A DNA stretch of 64,000 bases from Lytechinus pictus (Eukaryota): assembly GCF_037042905.1 (NCBI RefSeq), contig NC_087249.1:51956001-52020000 (forward strand), in the 5' to 3' direction. Under the pieces are notes generated by a model. It did not search any database. It had not been told where the DNA came from and saw only the letters and a program-made list of their open reading frames with translations. How positions within the stretch are numbered: the first letter of the stretch is position 1; each line of letters starts with the position of its first letter. A program made the position numbers and the translations under genes. Below are positions 11,961-23,400 of this stretch, piece after piece.

Positions 11961-14081
11961 AGCTTCAGTGCTGGAGTGGCTTATTGAAAAAATGCACAAA
12001 CCGCATCATCCTTTCCACCATAATAAATATAGCTTTTGAAAACTACTGCGTGTTTAATACCTAAAAGCATATCCTGGAATTTATCTCTGATAGAATCCCT
12101 GTGCATATTCAGAGATCAATTGCTATTATTAGTGTATGCTGTGTTTTGTATATATGATTACAGGAAAATAGATGTAAAAAGGGTTTCACTTCATTGTGTT
12201 ACATATATATGTGTACACTCAGTGACCTGTGAAATAATATTTTCATGCAATTCGTGTTATTGAAGTATAAAGATTTAGACGCTTGAAATGAAAAGATGGC
12301 CCCTGCCTCCCATGCAAGAAAGCTGGAATAACAATGCAATTAATACATATATTATTTAAATTACATGTATGGAGGAGTGGTCATTTTCATAAGAATTTAA
12401 CACAAGAGCATAATATATAATTATGTGTTTAACTATAATAGGTGTTTCAAAACAATCATACATCTTCTCATCATCATGAAATGCTTGTTGATGAATTAGA
12501 ATGTATTAGGCTAGGACAAATATGTAAAACTCACAGCTCCCACAAAACAAACAAACATACAAGACATTGCTGATATTTATAAGCAAACAATGAATGTTTG
12601 TTTCATTTTAACTTGGGTTGTAATAAAATATCGTTGTGACAAATTTTCTGTAATATTGACAATTCCTCTCGATAATTACTCTTGAAACTAAAGAGAGAGA
12701 AGAAAATCCAAGATCTGCTTTTTAGATTATCTTTTCCTCAGTAGGCCTATATATTGACTGTGCTGGCTTTCAAGTTAATGAATATGACATTATGCTCCAG
12801 CTCCATGTTTCCAAGGATGTTTGTTATAGTAAACAATGCCAGTGGCATACATTGATCACCGTAGCAACAGCATGAATGCCCTTTGTTTGTTTGAAAAAAG
12901 TGTTTTTTAATGTCTTTTGTACCCATATTGTAATCTTCTTTTTGTCTTTTTGTTTTACATAATTCATCAAGTTAGGGTAAGATCTTTATGCATTAATTGT
13001 AGTTGATTCAATTGGCTTAACTTGGTGGATGTATCTTATTCATTTTATGTTTTAATATTTTCATATTTTTAAACTGATTTCTATTTATTTAATATTTGTA
13101 CATTCACAATTTCTTGAATTATTGATAATTGTATTAAGTGGTTGAATGATAAAGTCTTTGAATTGATTGAATGAATAGGACAGTGAGAGTTGGGTAAATT
13201 ATTATAAATATCTGAATTTCACAAATATTTTGTCAATAAGTAATGAAAACTCTTTTAGATATTATTCTGAGCTCATCTTCATGTTATTGATCCCCTTCCA
13301 TTATGACATATTTTATTTGCTATTGCATGTTCAATATAAGTTCTAACTATAACTCGTAAAGAAAGTAAAATTACAATCGACCTTGATGAAGGTGGTGTAA
13401 ACTGGTAGTCAAAGGAATATAATTCGCAAATCATAATACCAATTTTTTGTAACAAGTGTTATGAAGCCCTATTATTTATTAGAATTTATTACCGGTTTTT
13501 TTAATGGAGCATCACGCTTTTTCTTTCACTGCTGTTTCAAGGGCAGTATTTTGAGGGGGTTGGGCACAAAGGCCTACATAATATTTCTCAATTGTTTGAA
13601 ACAGCGGTTATGATATATAGAGTCACACAGCACAGATCTCTCTTTTGATACTTATTCCTTCTTTCTTGCCACTTCTCCTTTTGTCTGTTTTCTCCTGTTT
13701 TATTACTTCAAAAATAATGGGGTACCCCTGTAGTTCTGTTCATACAGCTGCTTTAGTTATGAATTTTATTATAAAGTTATAGAGGTTTACGGTGAATGTT
13801 GCAAATTCAAATAAGGGCTTCAAAGTTTCTACATGTATATCCCTCCTCACAGTCACCCTTCTCCCCAAAAGGGGCCTTTTCTGCAATAGGCTCCATGAAC
13901 GTTGAATCAACTTACACTAACTTCCCTTTGTGTCTGCCTACTCCTTTTCTTTCATCCCCTTCACTAACCTGATTGGTCTTCTCTACTCACTAATGCCCCT
14001 TTTGTCTCCTTGTTTCTAGTGTTGCTGTAGCTTGTTTGTGGTCTATATTATGGTTGTTCCACTTTATATGTTTGTCCTTTT

Positions 14082-14120
14082 GCCTCCGACGAAGATTCTG
14101 CTAGGATCGAAAGCTTAGGC
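14082..14120 (+). ncRNA. Minimal type-I hammerhead-like motif in a Penelope-like pseudo-LTR remnant (about 13920-14150)
   Basis: GCCT-CCGACGA-A-GATTCT gct AGGATC-GAAA-GC-TT-AGGC: stem I, core with U4>C, stem II, GAAA, palindromic AAGCTT in place of stem III. Confidence 0.5.
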
Positions 14121-14275
14121 CCCTTTTTGACTTTCTAACATTTTATTTAATCAAAGTGTCAGTTTCAAATAAGCTTATTTCAGGTATATTTCTCAGCATC
14201 AGTGTCAAGTAATTAGTGAATGTGAAGTGAAGAAGATTGGGAGATTAATGGATCTTCTTTTCCTCTTCCCTACAG

Positions 14276-14404
14276 GGGGAAGGAAATTGGTTAGAGAGTC
14301 CGTTCCTGACTGCTGCAACATCTTTGGCTGATATCCGCAAGAAGAAGAATGCAGAGAAAGAGAAGGAAAGAGAAAAGGCACAGAACCTTGCTGATGCAGA
14401 TTAT
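14276..14404 (+). CDS. CWF19L2: CWF19L2 internal exon ([10 protein letters not shown]...ADADY)
   Basis: Polypyrimidine tract and ctacAG acceptor, GTGAGT donor, 129 nt, phase 0-0. Confidence 0.8.
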
Positions 14405-17400
14405 GTGAGTATACAAGGGAGCATTTCATGAAACAAGAAGTGGTAACTATTGTTATAAGCTACTGAAATCCCTGCATCTGATTGGCTCAGAACACATAAG
14501 TCAGTGAAAAATTTGCTTTATGAAAAACACTGCTTATTTTTATTAGAAGTTAAAGCATGGAATATTTTCATTGTTGAGATGTTTCAAGTTCATTGTAATA
14601 GACTAGGGATAAGAATGTAATGTATTTCCAGACAAATGCTGACTTAGCTTATGCTCAAGGTGCCTAAGAAAATAAAGTTGGCTTTCACTTTAGATAAGGT
14701 CCCCCAAAATAGAATTGGCTTACACTTTAAATATGGTGCATAAGAAAAAAGAATTGGCTTACACTTTTGATAAGGTGCCTAACAATAGAATGGGCTTACG
14801 CTTTAAATAAGATGTCTAACAAAATAGAATCAGCTTGCACTTTGAACCCGGGGGGGCCACTTACATTGACGAGTGGATACCATGCGCGACCAAAAAAACA
14901 CGTAAAAAGGATGTCTTTTTCACGATAGGGCACGTTACGTACGTAACGTGATAAGGGTGTCAAAAACACAAAAATAATGAAAAAAGGGTATCTATTTCGC
15001 TAAGAAAATTACGTGTTTAGGGTCGAATTTGCGGGGAGGATAAAACAAAATTAAAATGTTTTATAAAGGATGTCCTTTTTGCCCCAACACTTCGTGTTTA
15101 TAGAGTCCGATTTGCGCGAGGTGTAGAAGGTGGGGTCGTACTAAACCAAATAAGGTAAAGCCGACGACCGAAGGACCCGAAGGAACCCGAAGGAACAATA
15201 AAACATTCCTGTACTTGTTTAGGGGTTCATTTCAGGGAATATTTGCCAAGAGGATCGTTTTGTTTCCAATACTTGTTAAGGGTAGGGTTTCACACGCCAA
15301 TACTTGTTAAGGGGTGCATTTTCAGAATATGGAAATTACGTGTTTAGGGTGCTTTTCGAGACCCCATGGTCGCGCATGGTATCCACTCGTGAATGGAAGT
15401 GGCCCCCCCGGGACTTTGAAGAAGATGCCTTGAAAAATAGAATTTGTTTACACTTTAAATAAGATTCCTAAGAAAATAAGATTGGCTTACACTTTGAATA
15501 CCTTGACCATAGAAAATAGATTTGGCTTACACTTTAAATAAGCTGCTTAAGAAAATAGAATTGGTTTTACACTTTAAATAAGGTGCCTAAGAAAATAAAA
15601 TAGCGTACACTTTAAATAGGATGCCTAAGGCTGAGAAAATAGATTTGGTTTACACTTTAAATGAGATACCTAAGAAAATAGGATTGGCTTACACTTTAAA
15701 TAAGCTGCTTAAGAAAATAGAATTGGTTTTACATTTTAAATAAGGTGTCTAAGAAAATGAAATGGCGTACACTTTAAATAGGATGCCTAAAGCTGAGAAA
15801 ATAGATTTGGTTTACACTTTAAATAAGGTGCCTAAGAAAAAATAAGATTGGCTTACACTTTTAATAAGAGGCCTAAGAAAATAAAATCGACTTTTGCTTT
15901 AAATAAGATGCCTAAACATGGAACTGGCTTATGCTTTAGATAAAGTGCCTGAGTAAATAGGATTGGTTTACACTTTGAATATCTGTACCGTAGAAAATAG
16001 AATGGCTTACACTTTGAATAAGGTGCCTTAGAATATAGAATTGGTTTACATTTTAAATAAGGTGCCTGATAAAATGGAATTGGCTTACTCTTTAAAAAAG
16101 ATTCCTAAGAAAATTGATTGGTTTACACTTTAAATAATACCCCCGGGATGATGCCTAAGAAAATAAGATTGGCTTATAAACTTTGAATATCTTGACCATA
16201 GAAAATAGAATGGTATACATTTTAAATAAAGTGCCTGAGAACATAGAATTGGCTTACACTTTAAATAAGGCGCCCAAGAAATTGGAATTGGTTTACACTT
16301 TAAATAAGATACCTAAGAAAAGAAAGATTTGCTTACAGTTTACATAAGGTGTCTAAGAAAAAAAATAGCTCACACTTTGAATAAGGTGCCTAAGAAAATA
16401 GAATTGGCTTACACTTTAAATAAGATGCCTATGAACATAGAATTGATTTACACTTTCAATAAGATACCTAAGAAAATAGGATTGGCTTACAATTTAAATA
16501 AGCTGCTTAAGAAAACATAATGGCTTACACTTCGAATAAGGTGCCTAAGAAAATAAAATTGGTTTACGCTTTAAATAAGGTGCCTAAGGAAAACATAAGA
16601 TCGGCGTACACTTTTAATAAAATGCCTGAGAAATTAGAATCGACTTTCACTTTAAAGAAAACTAGAATTGGCTATGCTTTGCTATGCTTTAGGTTTACAA
16701 TTTTATTAGGTATAAAGTGATAATTCTCTTACGCATTAAACACAGTGCCTAAGAAAATATAATTGGCTACACTTTAATAAGGTGCCTACAGGAATAGAAT
16801 TGGCTCACACTTTAAATAAGTTGCGTAATAAAATAAAATTTTTGTATAATAGTTAGATTTAACTTGATTACAAGATGAAGTCGTCAATATCTGCTGGAAA
16901 ATTTTGATTGTGCAGTCTGCCAGAGAGCTGAATCCATACTGGAAGGATGGTGGTACAGGCCTGCCAGAGGAACGGGACACCTCTCACCACCAAATACCTC
17001 AGCCAGCCAGGAAGGTAGGACATGGGGTTGACGGAGGTGTCAGCTGGCTTAAGAAGTCTTACCAGAGGGCAGTCGAGCAGGCCAGGGAGAGTGGTAGACC
17101 AGTAGATGATGTGGTGGCTGAACGGTGGGGGGTAAGTTTTTTAATTTAATATATGTTTCTCAATACATGCACCACTATTTGTTGATTATCATGAGAGGCT
17201 CTTGGGTCAACGACCTTTTTCCTAAGACATTCGTGATAGCACATGCCATAAATGAGAATTGAAAAAAAAAGAAAAGAATAATTAGTGTATATCGTAGTAT
17301 GTATACAGTATAAGGAATATGTAACTTAGTGATGATTCTCAAATGCAGGGAAGAATAAGGATAATCAGTAGAACTATGAATGAAATCACAGGAAAATTGT

Positions 17401-20400
17401 AGTGTGTAAATGAGGTTTGTAATCACTTTGAGGGAAAAACGCTGTGAAAAAAACTGTTAAACGCTGGGTTTTCAAAGGCAATGTACATTTCCTGACATAC
17501 TGGTTTTTATCAAATATGTGATGGTTAAACCATTTGAGATTCTAATAAGACAAAATAAAGATCCTCTCTTATCTATCACGCTGCTGTGACAAATATAGAA
17601 AATGAAATGCTGATGAAATTGGATAAATGAAATGATAACAATTACATATGTTGAGTTGAATAGCAATGTTGCCAATGTATTCAATTTGTTATTTTGACAG
17701 TCTGTTGCAGAATATGAGAGACTGCTTGATGAGGCAGTAGAAGCAAGTGATGGACATTCTAGAGGACCACCACCAGGATGGAGAAAGAGAAAGGATGATG
17801 ATGGGGATGGCAGACGAAGAGAGGGAGGAAGGAGAGATGATGAGAGGGATCGAAGGAAAGATGACAGAGGAGGGAGGGATAGAGAGGATAGATATGAATC
17901 TAGGGATAAATTCCAGAGGTATGACTCTGATTCCAGGCGAGACTTGTCCAGTAGGGGCTTCAAGAAGCCTGGAGATGACGGTGACAGTTTGCGATCAAAA
18001 TTCCAAAGGCCCCGGGATGAAGGTGTTAGGAGAGACGATAGGCATAGATCACGCTCATCGTATGATGAAGGGTCATCGTCAAGGGAACGTAGTAGGAATG
18101 ATGATCTACCAAGTTGGAGAAAGACTGGGTTTAAGAAACCAGGAGAGAATGAGGATGATTCTTCAACTCATTCAAGATCCTCCTCCTCCAGAATGAAACC
18201 TCCACCAGCATCAAGTTCCTCCAGCAGGGGTTGGAGGAAGCAGGGATTCAAGAGACCTGATGATGAAAGGGAAGGTGCTAGATCAAGCCCCTCATCATCC
18301 GGAGGATGGCGGAAGTCTAGCACCTACGGACCTGAGAAGGATGATAGGCACTTATCCAAAGACCACTCCTCCTCATCTGCTCCACCACCGCTACCTTCGT
18401 TATCATCTGCATCTTCCAAGAGGTCTCGGAGAAGAAGTGATAGTGATGAAGAGCACAGTGATGATGCAGGTTCATCAGGATCATCATCTCCTGATTCTAG
18501 GGAAGGAGATGCTGGAGGAGGGAACAAGGAGAAAGAGAGGAGTCCGAGTCCAGTCAAGATTTTATCAGATACTGAGATGAACCAGCTTGGTGCAAAGCTA
18601 GTAAAAGCAGAGATCATGGGCAATGAGGTATGATGGAAGATGATGGTGATGATGATGCTAATGGTGATGATGATGTTGATGACGATGATGATGGTGATGA
18701 CGATGATGATGATGGTTGGTATGATTATGATGCTGATGAGAAGGGTCATCATAGCAATGCTGATGGCAAAAGCATTGATAATGACGATACCTTCATCTAA
18801 TAATCATTTACACAAATTACATCTTATTTTGTCATCACTAATACTCTAATATTCCATTATCACCTGGTACTGGAAAACCAAGACAAAAGTGAAAATAAAA
18901 TGTTCTTCAAGGTATAACTGTAGGCTAGATTTGCACATAAATTAGATTCTCACCTTATCTGTAAACATATATTAAGTTTTCATTATGTGTGTGGAAAATC
19001 TTGCATTATGGATAAGAAATTCAAACCAGTTTGAGGGAATCAGCGTAAGCAAAAGAGAATTCAAAATACTTCAATATGCCGATGATACGGCTTTATTCAT
19101 TTCTGGCTCAAATAAGTCTTTTCAAAAAGTGTTGGAGATGATTTCTTTTTTCACTGAATTTACTGGATTTAAACTCAATTCACAAAAGATGCAAATTATT
19201 TTTTTGGGTAACCTGAAAAAGACCAGTTTAAACATTGAATTAGAAGTAAACTTGATAAAGGATACTTATTTCCGCTATCTTGGTACAGATTTTCATGTGA
19301 ATATTAACAAGATTCCAGATTTCAATTACGATAGGATTTTTGATAAATTGAAAAGACAGATGATTTCATGGTTGAAGAGAAATATTACACCTTTGGGTAG
19401 AATTACAGTGGCTAAATCCCTTTTATTGCCTCAATTCAATCACCTTTTTCTTTCAATCCCCAGTCCATCGGCTCAACTAATGAAAAATATTAAAGTTAAT
19501 TTTTTTCAATTTGTATGGAATGGAAAACCAGACAAAATTAGTAGGGAACAAATCCTTGGTTCATACGAAGAAGGGGGATTGAAAATGATAGATATAGATT
19601 GTTTTAACAAAGCATTAAAATTATTATTATTATTATTATTTGTTTGGCGTCACCTGTGCCTGGCTGAATAAAATTGACATGGTTGAGAAGAATTCTATTG
19701 AGAAAATGTGACGACGTAGAAAGTCTATTAGGATTTTCTTCAGGACAGCCTTTCCATCTGTTTTATGGAGATCAATATTTTTATAACATATCGGAAAAGA
19801 TTAGTAATCCATTTTGGAAAGAGTTTTTTGCCATGCTATTTTCGATGTTTAAAAAATCTGAAAATATCAATTGGTTAGCGCAACCTTTATGGAAAAATAG
19901 TAAAATACAAATAGATGGAAAGTCTGTTTATTTTAAATACTGGCAAGAAAAGGGTATAAGATTTATTAATGATTTAATAGATCGAGAAGGAGATATATCT
20001 GTAACTGAATGTAAATCTAAGTTTGGTTTAAAAGTCAATGTTTTGGAATATTTTTCAATTTCTCAGGCTCTAAGATGTGTGTTTAATCGAAAATTTCAAA
20101 ACCTAGACCATAGAATATGTGAACCATTTGTTATGCCTTATATTTCTCCTATAATGAGTGATAAAAAGGGGTGTAAAAGTATATACAAACTTTTGATAGG
20201 AAATAAAGATTCAGCCAAAACTATTGCAGCAAAATGGGGAAAAAATTCAAATATTATTTTGGATCACACTAAAATACCGGAATTTAATAGGATGATTTTC
20301 AGATTTACAACTGACATTCGGATAAAATATTTCCAATACAAAGTTTTCAATAGAATTGTGTTTTTAAATGATATTTTATTCAAACTAAAGATCACCAATA

Positions 20401-23400
20401 CTGAGTGCTGTACATTTTGTTATACTGTAAAGTAAACAATTGAACACTTCTTTTACTTCTGTAATTTTAGTAGAAATATTTGGAGTAAAATAGAAACGTG
20501 GATATCATCTCCTATGTTTATTCTTAAATTTGCTCCACAGAATATTTTGTTTGGATATAAAGAAAAACGAAATGATGCCCTGAATTGTATTATCATTTTA
20601 GTAAAACAACAATTATATTTCTCGAGGTTGAACAAGACTGTACCTGATTTTAAGAAGATTAAGAAGGTATTACAAACTTATTATTTAGATGAATGTTACA
20701 TTTATGATTTGAATGGAAAAAGGAAAGATTTTAATTTGAAATGGAGTATGTTGAAACATTTGTTTGAATAATGTATATGATTTGACTTCTGTAAACGTGT
20801 TCATTTTTTGTAAATAAACTTGCCCATTGGGGCAAAAGTATGAAAAAAAAAATTTATATAAGTTATTTTTATTCCAGTTACTAAATTTCATTATGATGTG
20901 CTTTTGCATGGAACTTCCTTTCTTAATGTATTTTGTAAAAAATGACTGTATAAAAATCTGCAATTGCTGTTCTAAAAAATAATAAAATTATTCCTCTCGA
21001 CAGGCCCTCGCTCAGAAACTGAAAGCAGAAATTGAGAGTGCTCGTCAGGCCAGGGTTGCCCATAAGACAAAGCAATTGGAGAGTAAGGAAAAAGAGAAAG
21101 CTCCTTCAAAGAAGACTGGTAAGAGGTCACATGAAGAAAGAGAAGAAGTCATCTTGACCAGAACTGACCATAGTGGACAGAGCTGGCCGCTGGCCGAGCA
21201 AACAGCTCCCCCTACAGGTGGAAAGAAGATGAAGAAAAAGAATGTGAGTTTGTATCAAATTTCAAGATATAGCCCAGACATAAAAGTGTTTCAATATTAT
21301 GAGTTGTTGATTGTTTGATTGTCAAATTTTAGTTGATCAGATAACAAGGATGATGGTCTTTTTATGAGCATGGTATTGCAGCGAATTTGCATTCTAGTAT
21401 TCGTTCTTCTTTATGTACTATATTAAGTTATTTGTATGGCATTTTGTAAAGTATAATGCAAAGACATTTTTTATTCTTATTTTGTTTAAGTATCTTTTCT
21501 GAAACATGAATACAGACATGTCATTTTGCAAGATGATTTTTTTTGTGTTATTGATGGATAATGATGTAAAAATTGCTTTTGAAATTATGTATAGAGACAT
21601 TGTTATCTCACAAAGATTTTGAATTTTTGATCATCCAGGTAAGTACATAACTATTGTCAACTGGTTTTTAAAATTCAGGTACAATGGTTTCATGTCTGAT
21701 CCTTAGCCCGTAATTATGGAATTATTGAGATATAATTTTACAGAGGGGATTTTACAGAGGGGAGAGACAACGTACTGTTATGTTATAAGTACCTTGTTGG
21801 AGCAGCATGATTATGAATGCTTGTTTGCTAGCCTTTCAATTTTTATCTTTTGCATAGATTGTAACCCACGACAAGGGAGGGGAGAGGGAGAGATACTTTG
21901 CAGATGATGATGATGTTGACCTGGAGACAATGGTGAGAAGAGAAAAGATGGGATCTTCTGATGATCATAATAGACTTCTCAACAAAGTAGCCAGCAAGGT
22001 AATCGACCTAGAATATTTCTTCCTATGATATCTGGGCCCCCGTCTTACAAAGAGTTGCGCTTGATCCAATCAAACGCAACTATGGACGGCCAGCAACGTC
22101 AACATATAAAATGCTTTTTTGTTCAAAAATTTTTCTAGATATGAATGTGTATCCATAAATTCATTGATTTCTTGACAATTTGGTGCGTTCTCCTTTGTTT
22201 ACAAAGGACATTTTACAAATTTCCTGTAGTAGAAGTTATGACACTGATGGATTTCCATAGAGTTACGATTGATTGGATCAATCGTAACTCTTTGTAAGAT
22301 GGGGCCCTGGTCTGAACCGCATGGCATATACTATTTTAGTAAATTAAAATCCAGTGGTAGTTACCATGGCAACAGTGCTCAACAGCAAATAAAAATTAAG
22401 GATTTCATAGAAGATACAATTGAGTGAAATAAGTTAACATAGCAGTATGCACTGTTCAGTTGTCATTGATTTTCTATATCATATGTGCCTTTCCTTGGAT
22501 TTGTGATCATTTATTTCCCATTTTTTTTACAGTTTTACAGACTGAAGCCCAAGAATGTATTTGAAAAATTATCCCCATATTGTAAATTTTAGAATTACCG
22601 GTACCTTTTAAAAGTGTTAACTATTGATTCATTTGCACTGTATAGTAAAATAAAATTTGTCAAGCATTGGTCGGGAATCAGCTTAGCATGTGTATTCCAA
22701 ATAAGAGGCGTTTTTTTACAAAGTGCTAAGATTGACTGAAAGTCACGCTTGAGTGCATATGATATTTGATGAGTTATCTCAAAGATCAGTATGCATCAGT
22801 GGATGTCAAATGAGTGTGATATGACCAAAGTGGTGATGCGATATAAACCACACACAACTGCAAAATTTAGTCAGATTTAAACTTTTGTGAAACCACCCCC
22901 CATCTCTTTTAAAAACGTAACCAGCCCTTATGAAGATTACATGTGATAAAAGCGTTGACATCCGCAAACAACCATAACCATTGCTTTTATCAAACAGAAA
23001 CTAGCGTTGCTTGATTCGGAGTTCAACACCCTGGATGAGATGTTTGTTTCATCAGCAGCAAAGGCCGAGTCCAAGTCAAAGGTGGAGGAACGTGAAAGGT
23101 CAAAGGCCATCGCTGACCATCAGCATACCATGTCCAGGCTGTCCAAGTGTCCTTTCTGTCTTGAAAGTGAAGAGATGAAGAAGCATTTGATTGTAGCACT
23201 CGGGTTAAAGGTAATTTATCAAAGGGTGTATTCAATCTCCCACATTCACGGTCATAGAAGCAGCTTTCAGGTCTCAATTCGGAGGGAAATTCAAAGGCTG
23301 TAAAAAGTGCGTTTTGAACTCGATCAGCTTAGATTTTATAATCTTCAGCATTCGCAAATGCAAAAAAATGTGATACTGAACTCAAATGAGTTCAGAAACT

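Noticed and set aside
14640-16830. CRISPR-like array or repeat protein
   Set aside because: Head-to-tail 39-bp units with no unique spacers and no cas genes, in a eukaryotic intron with frequent frameshifts.
18640-18849. Poly-Met ORF (and poly-Asp/poly-Met ORFs at 26572-26856)
   Set aside because: (GAT)n microsatellites; the flanking CWF19L2 exons splice in frame without them.
18985-20771. Functional or domesticated reverse transcriptase
   Set aside because: 5'-truncated (no endonuclease or N-terminal RT motifs), with an insertion, a nonsense codon in the zinc knuckle and a frameshift.
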